From assembly GCA_022571365.1 (NCBI GenBank), contig JACZXZ010000002.1:14402-78401 (forward strand): 64,000 nt of DNA. Reading direction: 5' to 3'. Below are positions 53,573-64,000 of this stretch, in pieces. The notes beneath the pieces were generated by a model. It saw only the letters and a program-made list of their open reading frames with translations. It ran no database searches and had not been told where the DNA came from. The stretch's first letter is position 1; the number at the start of each line of letters is the position of its first letter. This stretch comes from Pseudomonadota bacterium. Its GTDB lineage: Bacteria > Pseudomonadota > Alphaproteobacteria > G022571365. The position numbers were made by a program, and so were the translations under genes.

Positions 53573-53601
53573 TATATAAGAGGTGCCTCTGGCCTTGTCA
53601 A
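53573..53601 (-). promoter_or_regulatory. Sigma-70-type promoter of groESL (TTGACA-N17-TATATA on minus strand) immediately upstream of CIRCE
   Basis: Reverse complement of 53573-53601 reads TTGACAaggccagaggcacctctTATATA. Confidence 0.5.
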
Positions 53602-53674
53602 CCGGGTTTGTCGGGCGAGATCTGAGCGGTCCCGGCAGCACCAGAGGCCTTGGTTTCAAAGAGAATCAGCGCGC

Positions 53675-54988
53675 TCAATGATACCGGTCCCGTGCCCGGT
53701 GTTCGAACCGGGCGATGTCGGCGGCATTGAGGCTGACTTTGAAATGTGCGAAGCCCGCGTCGTCGTGGCGGCTTAGCACCTCGCCACGGTCGTAGAGCCA
53801 GGCCATGGCTGCGCCGTCCGCCAGATCCACGGTGAGCTCGACGATTTGGCGAGATGCCCTGAGCCGTCCGTCGATCAGTGTCAGCAGCGTATCCAGGCCC
53901 TCGCCGGTGAGCGCCGAGGTGGGGACTGCGTGGCCGTTGCGCCGGGCCTGATTGTAGGCCCCCCGCTTCGCTTCGTCGTCGAGCAGATCGAGCTTGTTCA
54001 ACACTTCGATCAGGCCGCTGTTCACCGCGTCGCCCAGGCCAAGGTCGCGGAGCACCCTGTGGACATCCTCCTTCTGCTCCGCGCTATCGGGATGGGCGAT
54101 ATCGCGCACGTGAAGGATGACATCGGCCTGGCGAACTTCCTCTAATGTGGCTCGGAACGCCGCCACCAAGTCGGTCGGCAGATCGGAGATGAAGCCCACT
54201 GTGTCGGACAGGATGACCGGGTGGCCCGAGGGCAGCTTGAGGACGCGCATGGTCGGATCGAGCGTCGCGAACATGAGATTCTTGGCATCCAGCTCGGCCT
54301 TGGTGAGGCGATTGAACAGGGTTGATTTGCCAGCGTTGGTGTAGCCGACCAGTGAGATGATCGAATACGGCATCCGCCGGCGCGCGTGGCGGTGGAGCCC
54401 GCGGGTCCGCTTGACCCCCTCCAGCTCACGCTTCAGCCGCGCGATTCGCTCACCGATGAGCCTGCGGTCCACTTCGATCTGAGTCTCGCCCGGCCCGCCG
54501 ATGAAGCCATAGCCGCCGCGTTGCCGTTCCAGGTGGGTCCAGCTCCGTACCAGGCGGCTTCGTTGATAGGACAGGTGCGCCAGCTCGACCTGCAGGCTGC
54601 CCTCCCGCGTGCGCGCCCGCTCGCCGAAGATTTCGAAGATCAAGCCGGTGCGGTCGATCACCTTGCAGTCCCAGGCGCGCTCAAGGTTACGCTGCTGAAC
54701 GGGCGTGAGGCCGGCATCCACGATCGCCACTTCCACCCTTTTCGCCTTGACCAAGGCGGCGAGGGTTTCCACCACGCCGGCGGCGAACAGAGTCGCCGGG
54801 CGCGGCCGGTTCACCCGGATCGTGTCCGTGTGGACAACCGTGAGATCGATGGCATGGGCAAGGCCGATTGCCTCCTCCAGCCGCGCCTCGGGTGTCCGTC
54901 CGGCCTCTCTCGCCGACTTGAGAACAGGATGCAGGACTACCGCCCGGCCTGTCGATGGTGCCTCGCGAGAAGGGAGGTTGCGCGTCAA
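53675..54988 (-). CDS. hflX: GTPase HflX
   Basis: N-terminal HflX domain, G1 GYTNAGKSTLFN, G3/G4 motifs; directly downstream of hfq. Confidence 0.92.
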   Translation of the reverse strand: MTRNLPSREAPSTGRAVVLHPVLKSAREAGRTPEARLEEAIGLAHAIDLTVVHTDTIRVNRPRPATLFAAGVVETLAALVKAKRVEVAIVDAGLTPVQQRNLERAWDCKVIDRTGLIFEIFGERARTREGSLQVELAHLSYQRSRLVRSWTHLERQRGGYGFIGGPGETQIEVDRRLIGERIARLKRELEGVKRTRGLHRHARRRMPYSIISLVGYTNAGKSTLFNRLTKAELDAKNLMFATLDPTMRVLKLPSGHPVILSDTVGFISDLPTDLVAAFRATLEEVRQADVILHVRDIAHPDSAEQKEDVHRVLRDLGLGDAVNSGLIEVLNKLDLLDDEAKRGAYNQARRNGHAVPTSALTGEGLDTLLTLIDGRLRASRQIVELTVDLADGAAMAWLYDRGEVLSRHDDAGFAHFKVSLNAADIARFEHRARDRYH

Positions 54989-54989
54989 A

Positions 54990-55241
54990 TCAGCCTTCGT
55001 CGTCCTCCTTGTCCGGTTCGAACAGCTGGATTGCTCCCGTCGGCATCACCGTCGAAATGGCGTGTTTGTAAACCAACTGGGAATGGTGATCGCGGCGCAG
55101 GAGCATGGAGAAATTGTCGAACCAAGTGATGTTTCCCTGAAGCTTGACGCCATTGATCAGAAAGATGGTCACAGGCGTCTTGTTCTTGCGGACGTGGTTC
55201 AAGAACACGTCCTGCAGGTTCTGTGATTTTTCTGAGGGCAT
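54990..55241 (-). CDS. hfq: RNA chaperone Hfq
   Basis: 83 aa; Sm1 ([11 protein letters not shown]...[13 protein letters not shown]) and Sm2 (YKHAIST) motifs. Confidence 0.97.
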   Translation of the reverse strand: MPSEKSQNLQDVFLNHVRKNKTPVTIFLINGVKLQGNITWFDNFSMLLRRDHHSQLVYKHAISTVMPTGAIQLFEPDKEDDEG

Positions 55242-55366
55242 CGGTAACTCCGCTCATTTGGTCTTCTGGACCAGCCAGGCAAAGGCCCTGGCCCTCCCCG
55301 CTTGCCGGATGCGAACGGTCATCCCGCGCGAGTCGGTCTTCTACTTCAATATGAAAATATGGGGCC

Positions 55367-56020
55367 TTACGGGTCCCGCACAAGGGCGGCGAACGCCGAG
55401 CACCCGCTGATCCACCTGTCCGGCTGCGGAGCTGTGATCCCAGCCATCTCCGGCTGCGCTTCGCCCATCAGCACGGCCGTGCAGCCGGCGTTGCGCGCGC
55501 ATTCCACGTCAATGGCCGCGTCACCGACGAACCATACCGCCGGACCGCGGGGGATGCCGCTGCCGGCGAGCGCCAGCTCGACCGCCGCCACTGCCGGCTT
55601 GTCCTCGGCCGCGTCCATCGCCCCCACCATCCGGGCAAAATAGGCTGCCCAGTTCAGGTGGACCGCCTCCCGGCGCAACAAGTCGCCGCGCTTGTTGCTG
55701 ACGACACCGAGATAGATGTCCTCGGCCGCAAGCCCAGCCAGCATCTCGGCGGCGCCGGGCCGCGCCGTGAGAGTCTCGAGATGGTTGGCGGTAAAGCGGT
55801 CGTAAAAGATCCTCGTCGCCTCGTGCCAGCGCTCGCCGAATACCCGGGGGAAGCTGTTGCGCGCGGACTCGCGCACCCGTGCTCGCACCTCCGCCCGGTT
55901 CCAGGGCTCATGGCCCATGGCGACGAGGGTGGCGTTGAGAGCCTCGTAAATGGCCGCCCAGTTGTCCACCAGAGTGCTGTCCCAGTCGAACAGTATGGCG
56001 CGGGGACGATTGAGTCTCAT
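55367..56020 (-). CDS. HAD superfamily hydrolase (phosphoglycolate phosphatase-like)
   Basis: DxDxT motif ILFDWDSTL, S/T motif (GVVSNK), K and DD motifs (KP...VGDAAID). Confidence 0.75.
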   Translation of the reverse strand: MRLNRPRAILFDWDSTLVDNWAAIYEALNATLVAMGHEPWNRAEVRARVRESARNSFPRVFGERWHEATRIFYDRFTANHLETLTARPGAAEMLAGLAAEDIYLGVVSNKRGDLLRREAVHLNWAAYFARMVGAMDAAEDKPAVAAVELALAGSGIPRGPAVWFVGDAAIDVECARNAGCTAVLMGEAQPEMAGITAPQPDRWISGCSAFAALVRDP

Positions 56021-56886
56021 CCCAGGTGGGGAGCCGGCGCACCCGCCATGTGGGCGAGATAGAGATCACGTATTTTCAGGGTCAGCGAGCCGGGCTTTCC
56101 ATTGCCCACGACCGCGTCGTCGATACGCACGACCGGAAGCACCAGGGAGGTCGTGCTGGTGAGAAACGCCTCGCGGGCGGCCTTGGCCTCGCCCACGGTG
56201 AAGGGCCGTTCCACGAACTCGACGCCGTTACGGCGCGCCAGATCGAGCACCGAAAGCCGGGTGATGCCGCCCAGGATCGCGGTGTCGGTCGAGCGGGTGA
56301 TCAACAGGCCGTCGCGGCCGACAATCCAGGCATTGGTCGAGGTGCCTTCGGTGATGAAGCCGTCCCGATCAATCTGCCAGGCCTCGAATGCGCCGGCCTC
56401 TTGGGCAGCTTGCTTGCCCAGCACGTTGGGCAGCAGGGACACTGACTTGATATCGCAGCGCCGCCAGCGAATGTCCGGGATCGTGATGACGGTGACGCCA
56501 TCCTGGGCAAGACGCTCGCGATGAAGATCCGTTTGCCGAGCCGTCATCACCAACGCGGTCTTGTTTTGCGCCGGAAACGCGTGCTCGCGGGGGGCGGTGC
56601 CACGGGTCGCCTGGATGTAGAGGATGCCGTTCACGACGCGATTGCGGCGCACCACCTCGCGCATAACGATCGTGAGCGACCGGCGTGACAGCGGCGGCGC
56701 GATCCGAAGCTCGCGGAGCGAGCGTTCGAGGCGGTCGAGGTGGGACTCTTCGTCGATCAGTCGGCCGCCCTCAACCGCGATCACTTCATACACCCCGTCC
56801 GAGAACTGGTAGCCGCGGTCCTCGATATGCACGGCGGCCCGCCGGTGGGGGAGGTATTGGCCCTCGACATAGGCGACGCGGGACAT
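56017..56886 (-). CDS. dat: Class IV (D-amino acid / branched-chain) aminotransferase
   Basis: FSDGVYEV and catalytic Lys region (RCDIKSVSLL), EGTSTN motif; 289 aa; 4-bp overlap with downstream HAD gene. Confidence 0.8.
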   Translation of the reverse strand: MSRVAYVEGQYLPHRRAAVHIEDRGYQFSDGVYEVIAVEGGRLIDEESHLDRLERSLRELRIAPPLSRRSLTIVMREVVRRNRVVNGILYIQATRGTAPREHAFPAQNKTALVMTARQTDLHRERLAQDGVTVITIPDIRWRRCDIKSVSLLPNVLGKQAAQEAGAFEAWQIDRDGFITEGTSTNAWIVGRDGLLITRSTDTAILGGITRLSVLDLARRNGVEFVERPFTVGEAKAAREAFLTSTTSLVLPVVRIDDAVVGNGKPGSLTLKIRDLYLAHMAGAPAPHLG

Positions 56887-57033
56887 GATCTATGCCGCCT
56901 TTACGCCGCCCTAGAGATAGCTGGCGATGTGATCGCCAGCCTCACGGTTTCGGGACTCTCGGAACCAGCCCCCGGACAGGGCGCGCCGCGGCAACGCCTC
57001 CGGTGCGCCCCAGCCCGGTTCGCCCTCGGCCCA

Positions 57034-58410
57034 TCAGAAAAATTCAAGGCGCACCGCGAACATCTTTTCGACCTTCTTGACAGTGCGTTCCGTAGCAAAG
57101 ACGACCACGCGGTCGCCGACGCTGACGACCGTGTCGGGGCGCGGGATGATCACCTCGCCCGCCCTCAGGATGGCGCCGACGATGACCCCCTTGGGAAGCT
57201 TGATCTTCCGCAAGGGTGCGCCGATCAGGCTGGATGTTTCCAGGGCTTCCGCCTCGATGATCTCGCCGAATCCTTCGCGCAGGGAGTGCACCGAGAGAAT
57301 CCGCCCGCGGCGGACATGCTGCAGGATGGTGGAAACCGTGATCGCGCGCGGGCTCACCACCACATCCACGCCCAACGTGGTGATCAGCGGCTCGTAGGCC
57401 ATGTTCTTGATCAGGGTCACCGCCCGCTTGCAGCCGGACCTCTTGGCCAGCAGCGAGGACAGGATGTTGACCTCATCATCGTTGCTCACCGCGACGATGG
57501 TTTCGGCCGCCTGTACGTTGGCCTCATCGAGGATCTCCGGATCGAGGGCATCGCCGTTGATGACCAAGGTCCGGGGCAACATTTGGGCGATGTGTTCGGC
57601 CCGATCCGAGTCCATTTCGATGACCTTGGCGGTCACGCCCGGATGGTGAGCTTCGATCTCCTGGGCGAGGTACAGGCCGATATTGCCGCCGCCGGCGATG
57701 ACCACGCGCCGCGCCTCGCTCTCCTCATGGCCGAACGCCGCCATGCCGCGGGCGACGTGATCGCTGTCGACCACGAAATACACGTCGTCGCCGGGCAGCA
57801 TGACCTGGTCGCTGGTCGGGACGAATGGCCGGTCCTCCCGGATGATACCGACGACCACGATATTGAGATCGGGGAACAACTCGGTCAGCTCTCTCAGCGG
57901 CGTGTCCAGGATCGGGCAGTCATTTGTGCAGCGGACCCCGATCACCCTGATCTTGCCGTCGGCCAATGGAATCATGTCGAACGCGCCCGGCGCTTGAAGC
58001 CGGCGGCTGATCGCCCGGGCCACCTCGATCTCCGGCGAGATGATCACATCGATCGGCAATTGATCGCGGCTGAACAGGTCGGCCCAGATCGGCTGGAGAT
58101 AGCTTTGATGGCGCACGCGGGCGATCTTGGTCGGCACGTTGAACAGCGAGTGCGCGACCTGGCAGGCGACCATGTTCACCTCGTCGGCATAGGTCACCGC
58201 GATGATCATGTCGGCATCGGCGGCACCGGCCCGCTCAAGGACATGAGGATGCGAGGCATAGCCGACCATCGCCTGGACATCGAGCGAATCGCCGATCCTG
58301 CGAATCAGCTCGGGCGACTTGTCGATCACGGTAACGTTGATGTCTTCCGCCGCCAGGTGACGGGCAATGCTAAAGCCCACCTGTCCGGCGCCGCAGACGA
58401 TGACTTTCAT
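57034..58410 (-). CDS. trkA: Trk potassium uptake system protein TrkA (tandem RCK/NAD-binding)
   Basis: MKVIVCGAGQVGFSIARHL Rossmann start, second Rossmann half VVIAGGGNIGLYLAQEI; 458 aa. Confidence 0.9.
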   Translation of the reverse strand: MKVIVCGAGQVGFSIARHLAAEDINVTVIDKSPELIRRIGDSLDVQAMVGYASHPHVLERAGAADADMIIAVTYADEVNMVACQVAHSLFNVPTKIARVRHQSYLQPIWADLFSRDQLPIDVIISPEIEVARAISRRLQAPGAFDMIPLADGKIRVIGVRCTNDCPILDTPLRELTELFPDLNIVVVGIIREDRPFVPTSDQVMLPGDDVYFVVDSDHVARGMAAFGHEESEARRVVIAGGGNIGLYLAQEIEAHHPGVTAKVIEMDSDRAEHIAQMLPRTLVINGDALDPEILDEANVQAAETIVAVSNDDEVNILSSLLAKRSGCKRAVTLIKNMAYEPLITTLGVDVVVSPRAITVSTILQHVRRGRILSVHSLREGFGEIIEAEALETSSLIGAPLRKIKLPKGVIVGAILRAGEVIIPRPDTVVSVGDRVVVFATERTVKKVEKMFAVRLEFF

Positions 58411-58460
58411 CGGCTAAATCCCCTCGCCGTCAATCCCGCTGGACGGTCGGGCTCAGCGGT

Positions 58461-59867
58461 TCAGGCGTCGAATTTGTGAGACTTCTGCCCGCCGTAGACG
58501 CCGAGCGACTTCAGCTTGCGGTGCAGGGCGGAGCGCTCCATCCCGATAAATGCCGCCGTCCGCGAGATGTTGCCGCCGAAGCGCGTAACCTGCGCCATGA
58601 GATACTCCCGTTCAAAGATTTCGCGTGCCTGGCGCAACGGCAGTCCCATCACTTCGCCGCTCTTTTCCCAACGCAGCACGGGGGGGGTGATGCTACTGAT
58701 CTCGGGCGGCAGCATGTCGGCGCGGATCGGCTGGTCGGCTTTGCCGGGCGCCATGATCAGCAGCCACTCAACGACGTTGCGAAGCTGGCGCACGTTGCCG
58801 GGCCACTCATAGGCCTGGAGCGCGGCCAGGGTGTCGTCGCCCAACTTGCGCGCCGGCAGGCCGGCTACCTCGGCTATCAACGCCATGAGGTGTCGGGCCA
58901 AGAGCGGGATGTCCTCGCGCCGCTCCGTCAACGGCGGCACCCATAGCGGAACCACGCTCAGGCGGTAGTACAGGTCCTCGCGGAACCGGCCGGCGGCGAC
59001 TTCCGCCTGCAAGTCGCGGTTGGTCGAGACGATCACCCGAACGTCGACCTCGACGCCGGCTCGACCGCCGAGGCGCAGGAAGGTCTGTTCCTGAAGCACG
59101 CGAACGATCTTACCCTGCGTTTCCAGCGGCATATCCGCGACCTCGTCGAGCACAAGCGTCCCGTTATGGGCTTGCTCGAAGGTTCCGACCTTGCTCGGCG
59201 TGCCGGCCCCTGCCCCGCCCGGCTCGATCCCGAACAACTCGACTTCCATCCGATCGGGCTGCATCGTCGCGCAGTTCAGAATAACGAACGGCCCGTTGCC
59301 GCGGCGCGAGCGCCCATGCAGCAGCCGTGCGATCATCTCCTTGCCCACGCCGGCCGGTCCCGTGATCAGGACCCGGCTGCTGGTGGGCGCGACGCGATCG
59401 ATGGCCTGGCGCAGCTGGTTGATCACCGCGGACTTGCCGATGAGTTCCGAACCGACGCCCGCCCGCAATCTCAGCTCTTCGTTTTCGCGCCTGAGACGCG
59501 CCGCCTCGATGGCGCGCTCGACAATGACCAGCAGGCGGTCGGCCTTGAATGGCTTCTCGATGAAGTCGTAGGCCCCCTTCTTGATCGCGGTCACGGCGGT
59601 CTCGATGTTGCCATGGCCGCTGATCATCACCACCGGAACCGAGGGGTGCTCGTTCATGACGATGCCGAGGACCTCGAGTCCATCCAGTTTGCTATCCTGG
59701 AGCCAGATATCGAGGATCACCAGGTTCGGCCGCCGGCTTCGGACGGCCTCAAGCGCGCTCTGGCCGTCGGCCGCCTGGCGGGTGTGGTAGCCCTCATCCT
59801 TGAGGATGCCGGCGATCAACAACCGAATGTCGGTTTCGTCATCGACGATCAGGATATCATGAGCCAT
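58461..59867 (-). CDS. ntrX: Sigma-54-dependent response regulator NtrX
   Basis: Receiver domain ([11 protein letters not shown]...), AAA+ sigma-54 activation domain (GPAGVGKE; GAFTGA-like region; ESELFGHE equivalents), C-terminal HTH; start overlaps ntrY stop. Confidence 0.88.
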   Translation of the reverse strand: MAHDILIVDDETDIRLLIAGILKDEGYHTRQAADGQSALEAVRSRRPNLVILDIWLQDSKLDGLEVLGIVMNEHPSVPVVMISGHGNIETAVTAIKKGAYDFIEKPFKADRLLVIVERAIEAARLRRENEELRLRAGVGSELIGKSAVINQLRQAIDRVAPTSSRVLITGPAGVGKEMIARLLHGRSRRGNGPFVILNCATMQPDRMEVELFGIEPGGAGAGTPSKVGTFEQAHNGTLVLDEVADMPLETQGKIVRVLQEQTFLRLGGRAGVEVDVRVIVSTNRDLQAEVAAGRFREDLYYRLSVVPLWVPPLTERREDIPLLARHLMALIAEVAGLPARKLGDDTLAALQAYEWPGNVRQLRNVVEWLLIMAPGKADQPIRADMLPPEISSITPPVLRWEKSGEVMGLPLRQAREIFEREYLMAQVTRFGGNISRTAAFIGMERSALHRKLKSLGVYGGQKSHKFDA

Positions 59868-62166
59868 CGTCAGTCGTCTTCGTGGTTGGTGAGTGAGGAG
59901 TGTCAACAGACGGGGTTTCGTCTTGTGGCGCCTGGTCCTCGCCCGCGTCGAAGACCAACCTGACCCGGGCGCCGCCGCCCTCGCGGTCCTCCAGGGTTAG
60001 GTCGGCACCGTGATCTTCCATGATTTTCTTAACGATCGCCAGCCCCAGACCGGTGCCATTGCTGCGGGTGGTCACATACGGTTCGGTGTACTGATCGCGC
60101 TCCTCCGACGGGAAACCGGTGCCGTTATCCTCGATCTCGATGACGACCCGGCCCTGGTGGGGCTCGGCGACGCGGACGACGACACTACCCGGCGGCGGCT
60201 TCGAGGTGGAAGACGACTCGCGGCTCAGGATCGAATCGATCGCGTTCTGCAACAGGTTGGTCAGGGCCTGGCCGAGCTGGCGCCCGTCGCACCGCAGCAT
60301 GATGGCTCGATCCGGGAGCTCGACCGAAAACGCGATGTCGGGATGGGCGCTCTGTTGCAGGAATATGGCTTGCCGGCACAGCCCGGAAAGGTCCTCCGAC
60401 TTCATGACCGGTGCCGGCATCCGGGCAAAGGCCGAGAACTCGTCGACCATGCGCTCGATATCGCCGACCTGCTGGACGATGATGTCGGTGCAGGCTTTGA
60501 AGATCTCCGGGTCGCTCTTGATCTGCTTGAGATATTTGCGCTTCAGCCGCTCCGCCGAAAGCTGGATCGGGGTCAGCGGATTCTTGATCTCGTGGGCGAT
60601 GCGCCGGGCCACGTCGGCCCAGGCGGCCTGGCGCTGCGCGGTCAACAGCTTGGTGACGTCATCAAAGGTAACCACAAAGCCTTTGGCCTCGTCGTCGACG
60701 CGCTCCGCGGCGATCCGCACAAGGAGGGTCCGCGTGTGGCCGGAGCGGGTGATCTTGATCTGCGATTGGACGAGCCGCAAGGGATGGCGACGGGCGGACT
60801 CGATCAGCTCGGCCATCTCCGGCAGGGCCTTGGCCAGTTTCTGTCCGATGAGCTGCTCCACATTTACCGATAGCAAGCGAGAGGCCGACCGGTTGAGGAG
60901 GTTGATCCGCCCCGCACGGTCGAGACCGATCACCCCCGCCGAGACGCCCTCGAGCACAGTTTCGGTGAAGCGCCGCCGGATGTCGAGCTGGCGATTGGCT
61001 TCCACCAGCTCGCTCCGCTGGGTCGCAAGCTGGCTGGTCATGCGGTTAAAAGCGCGGTTGAGCGAGCCGATCTCGTCGGTGTCCGGTCCATCGGCCACAC
61101 GGACCGTGAGGTCTCCGGCCCTCACCTGCTCGGTCGCGGTGATGAGGCGGCTGATCGGCCGTACCAACCGCGTGGCGAAGGCGAGTCCGACCCAGATCGC
61201 GGCGAGCAGCAGCAGCAACGCGCCCGCGGTGAAAATCATGACGAAGGTGATCTGCAGGCCGGAGCGCCGGCCCTCCAGCTGTTCATAGATGGCGACGGCG
61301 GTCTGGGTCCGCTCGATATGGCCCAACACCCCGGGTTCGACAAAGCGGCCGACGATCAGGAATGTATCGAGGAAGGGGTCGAGCTGGACCAGCGCGCGCA
61401 CCCGGTCGTCCGCCTCGCTGGTAAGGATGGCAATCTCGCCGTTGCGGGCCTTCTCGAGCGCCCAGACCGGCAGCGGCTCGAACTCGAGGGCGAAAGTGAG
61501 GCCCGAACGGGCGAACACCCGGCCTTTAGCGTCGAAAATCAGCGCTTCCGAGAGGGATCTGAGCGCCGCCTGGGCGGCGACGAACTGCTGGAACCGGCCT
61601 GGATCCTGCATCGACAGCAGGCTCTCGCGACGAAGGTCGTTCCCCATGGCCAGGACGTCGGAGCGGATGTTCTGCTGATGCTCGTCCAGATAGGCCTCGG
61701 TCACGGCGAGGGACTCCTTCAGCGCCGTGCGCACCCGCTCGCTGAACCACGCCTGGACACCGAAATCGAAAAACAGCACCGAAAACACCGAGACCGCAAT
61801 GGCCGGCGTCACCGCCACCAGGCTGAACAGCAGGACCAGCCGAACATGCAGCCTTGAGCCGGCCGAACCGCGGCGGCGCTCGGCCCAGACTTGGACGATG
61901 CGCCGAGCGATCACCGTGCCCAGCAGCAGCAGCACCACCAGATCGACGTTGAGCAGCAGGAGGACCGTGTCCGGATCGGGCCCCAATGGCGGCGAGCCGG
62001 TCAACGCGGCATAGGTCGCGATACCCGAGAGGATGGCCGCCGCCGTCAAGGCAAAGGCCAGCTTGCGCGCTAGACCGACGCGGTTCGCCCAACGCATCAA
62101 TTGCACGGAAAGTTCGCTTGGCGCTCCGGCAGAGTCGACCGTCATCGTGAAACCCGTCGCGGGCAC
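59857..62166 (-). CDS. ntrY: Sensor histidine kinase NtrY
   Basis: 769 aa; N-terminal TM segments, HAMP, PAS, H-box [18 protein letters not shown], HATPase G-boxes (DNGTGF; GTGLGLAIV). Confidence 0.9.
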   Translation of the reverse strand: MPATGFTMTVDSAGAPSELSVQLMRWANRVGLARKLAFALTAAAILSGIATYAALTGSPPLGPDPDTVLLLLNVDLVVLLLLGTVIARRIVQVWAERRRGSAGSRLHVRLVLLFSLVAVTPAIAVSVFSVLFFDFGVQAWFSERVRTALKESLAVTEAYLDEHQQNIRSDVLAMGNDLRRESLLSMQDPGRFQQFVAAQAALRSLSEALIFDAKGRVFARSGLTFALEFEPLPVWALEKARNGEIAILTSEADDRVRALVQLDPFLDTFLIVGRFVEPGVLGHIERTQTAVAIYEQLEGRRSGLQITFVMIFTAGALLLLLAAIWVGLAFATRLVRPISRLITATEQVRAGDLTVRVADGPDTDEIGSLNRAFNRMTSQLATQRSELVEANRQLDIRRRFTETVLEGVSAGVIGLDRAGRINLLNRSASRLLSVNVEQLIGQKLAKALPEMAELIESARRHPLRLVQSQIKITRSGHTRTLLVRIAAERVDDEAKGFVVTFDDVTKLLTAQRQAAWADVARRIAHEIKNPLTPIQLSAERLKRKYLKQIKSDPEIFKACTDIIVQQVGDIERMVDEFSAFARMPAPVMKSEDLSGLCRQAIFLQQSAHPDIAFSVELPDRAIMLRCDGRQLGQALTNLLQNAIDSILSRESSSTSKPPPGSVVVRVAEPHQGRVVIEIEDNGTGFPSEERDQYTEPYVTTRSNGTGLGLAIVKKIMEDHGADLTLEDREGGGARVRLVFDAGEDQAPQDETPSVDTPHSPTTKTTDDGS

Positions 62167-62212
62167 CCCGGCTCCATGGGCGCTGTGTCGCTGTGGTGCG
62201 GTTGAACGGCGG

Positions 62213-63094
62213 TCATTTTACGCCCCGGGCCACCCGGATGTCCAATTTGCGGATCTTCTTTCTCAATGTGTTGCGGTTGAGGCCGAGCAATCGCGCCGCC
62301 TTGAGCTGGTTGCCCCGGGTCGCCTTCAGGCTCAGGGAGATCAGCGGCCTCTCGACCTCGCGCAGCACCCGCTCATAGAGCCCGGTCGCCGGCAGGCCGC
62401 CCCTGTGGGCGTCGAAATAGGCCTTTAAATGATGTTCGACCGCCTGGCCCAGATTGCCGTCTTCCGGTGTCCCCGCCGGGGTGGGCGGCGCCGTGACATC
62501 GGCCAGCTCAGCCTCGATGATATCGACCCCAATGACCTCTTCCGCGTGCAGCACGGCGAGGCGCCGGATCAGATTCTCGAGCTTGCGGTCCGCATCCGAT
62601 GCGTTCTGTTCCAGGAGCTGCGCCGCGCCGCGAATGCCCGAAAGCGGGGTCTTGACCTCGTGGGCCAAAAGCGCAGCCATCGCCGTCACCGAACGGGCCG
62701 CGTTGCGATGCGTGGGCTGCCGATCGATCTTGCGGGCGATCGACTGTTCGTGAAGCCAGACCACGATCCGGTCCGGGAGTTCGGCGAGCGGCGCCGCTTG
62801 AATCGCCACCAATCGGGCGCCCATGCGCGGCGTCTCCAGGGTGACGCCGTATTCGGAAACGCCGGCGCCATGGGCGCGGACCTGCTCAAGCAACGCGAAC
62901 AGCGGGCTGTCCGCGGGGATGAGGTCGTGCAGCGGCCGCCCGCGCAAGTTGGCGGCGCTGGTGTCGAAGAACTGCTCCGCCGCCATGTTGACATAGCCGA
63001 TGCGGTCCTCGGGACCGATCACCAGCACCGGACCGGCCAGCGCGTTCAAGACCGCGCCGGCGTCGACTTCGAGCCGGTCCTCGCGTTGCCGCAC
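62213..63094 (-). CDS. In-frame NtrB'-'NtrC fusion ORF: NtrB N-terminal PAS + H-box (DHp) joined to NtrC C-terminal AAA+ lid remnant + Fis-type HTH; probable deletion derivative of ntrBC
   Basis: N-terminal part [30 protein letters not shown] (NtrB PAS) and [20 protein letters not shown] (H-box); C-terminal part [28 protein letters not shown] ... [31 protein letters not shown] (NtrC end). No HATPase, receiver or sigma-54 AAA+ core. Only ~0.94 kb lies between dusB stop and ntrY start. GTG start at 63094 is tentative. Confidence 0.7.
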   Translation of the reverse strand: MRQREDRLEVDAGAVLNALAGPVLVIGPEDRIGYVNMAAEQFFDTSAANLRGRPLHDLIPADSPLFALLEQVRAHGAGVSEYGVTLETPRMGARLVAIQAAPLAELPDRIVVWLHEQSIARKIDRQPTHRNAARSVTAMAALLAHEVKTPLSGIRGAAQLLEQNASDADRKLENLIRRLAVLHAEEVIGVDIIEAELADVTAPPTPAGTPEDGNLGQAVEHHLKAYFDAHRGGLPATGLYERVLREVERPLISLSLKATRGNQLKAARLLGLNRNTLRKKIRKLDIRVARGVK

Positions 63095-63108
63095 GGAGAG
63101 CCCGCCGG

Positions 63109-64000
63109 TCACGCCGCCATCTTCTCCATGACCGGGGCTTTCTCCATGACCGGGGCATAGAAGGCGCGAATCGCCGCGCGTACCGCCCCGGGGTCCGCGA
63201 GGCGGTTGATCCCGGCGCGGAACTCGGCCGAGCCGGGAAGACCCCTGCTGTACCAGGCGATGTGTTTGCGCGCCATGCGCACGCCGGCTTCGGCGCCATA
63301 GTGGATCATCATGTCCTCGTAATGGTCCAGCACGGTTTGGAGCTGCTCCCTGAGCGACGGGGCGGCCAGGCGCTTTCCGGTCCTCAGGAAATGGATGACC
63401 TGCCTCAGAAACCACGGCCGGCCACAGGTGCCGCGGCCGATCATCACGCCGTCGGCTCCCGATTCGGCGAGACATTGCTTGACCTCCTCGAGCGAGGTGA
63501 TGTCGCCGTTCGCAATCACCGGGATGTGCACCGCCTCCTTCACTTCTCGGATGAACTTCCAGTCCGCCCGTCCCCGATAGAGCTGGCAGCGGGTGCGCCC
63601 GTGGACCGTGATCATCTGAATGCCGCAGTCCTCGGCGATTTTGGCAAGGCTGGGCGCGTTGCGTGCGCACTCGTCCCAACCGGTCCGCATCTTCAGCGTC
63701 ACCGGCAGGTCAACCGCCTCGACCGTGGCCTCGAGGATGCGCGCGGCGTGGACCTCGTCGCGCATCAGAGCCGATCCGGCATGGCCCTTGACCACTTTCT
63801 TGACCGGACAGCCGAAGTTGATATCGATGATCGCGGCCCCCCGGTCCTGGTTGAGCTTGGCCGCCTCCGCCATGACCTCGGGCTCGTAGCCGGCGAGCTG
63901 AACCGCCATGGGGTGTTCCTCGGCGCAGTTCGACGACATTTTCATGGACCGGCGAGTCCGGCGGACCATGGCCTGGCTGGCGATCATCTCGGAGACGACA
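63109..64000 (-). CDS. dusB: tRNA-dihydrouridine synthase B (NifR3), N-terminus beyond window
   Basis: [12 protein letters not shown] catalytic Cys motif, TIM-barrel FMN sites (TVHGRTR; IANGDI); ORF runs to window edge. Confidence 0.9.
   Translation of the reverse strand, partial: VVSEMIASQAMVRRTRRSMKMSSNCAEEHPMAVQLAGYEPEVMAEAAKLNQDRGAAIIDINFGCPVKKVVKGHAGSALMRDEVHAARILEATVEAVDLPVTLKMRTGWDECARNAPSLAKIAEDCGIQMITVHGRTRCQLYRGRADWKFIREVKEAVHIPVIANGDITSLEEVKQCLAESGADGVMIGRGTCGRPWFLRQVIHFLRTGKRLAAPSLREQLQTVLDHYEDMMIHYGAEAGVRMARKHIAWYSRGLPGSAEFRAGINRLADPGAVRAAIRAFYAPVMEKAPVMEKMAA
63122..63157. repeat. 18-bp tandem duplication in the 3' end of dusB (adds APVMEK to C-terminus)
   Basis: TTCTCCATGACCGGGGC(T/A) x2; translates on minus strand as ...[15 protein letters not shown]. 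Confidence 0.85.

Noticed and set aside
62429-63160. 243-aa + strand ORF over the ntrB'-'ntrC region
   Set aside because: Antisense, no motifs; the minus-strand frame carries the recognisable PAS/H-box/HTH signatures.

Overview
High-GC (~67-68%) alphaproteobacterial chromosome segment, mostly conserved housekeeping genes in recognisable synteny. Core genes: scpAB, an ABC permease/ATPase pair, tatABC, serS-surE-nlpD, yajC-secDF, uvrA/ssb (divergent), a dcd-like gene, gyrA-coaD, recG-sdhE-mfd, mltB-rlpA-dacC-tmk-holB-metG-tatD, groESL, and the hflX-hfq-dat-trkA-ntrX-ntrY-...-dusB block, plus tRNA-Lys(UUU) and tRNA-Ser(UGA). A patch of accessory character starts at tRNA-Lys (about 24.9-33 kb): a minimal mercury resistance module (merR / merF-merA), a low-GC gfa with frmA, an amidase, and a type III polyketide synthase with a co-transcribed membrane ICMT-family methyltransferase (srsAB-like phenolic-lipid locus). 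The most unusual finding is between dusB and ntrY: the space expected to hold both ntrB and ntrC (~2.6 kb) holds one ~290-codon in-frame ORF that reads as the NtrB N-terminus (PAS + H-box) fused to the NtrC C-terminus (end of AAA+ lid + Fis-type HTH). This implies a ~1.7 kb internal deletion of the NtrBC system. The window also carries many short, near-perfect tandem duplications of 10 to 86 bp in both coding and regulatory DNA. Gene starts are often GTG/TTG and are approximate. All calls rest on motif recognition by eye; no searches were run.
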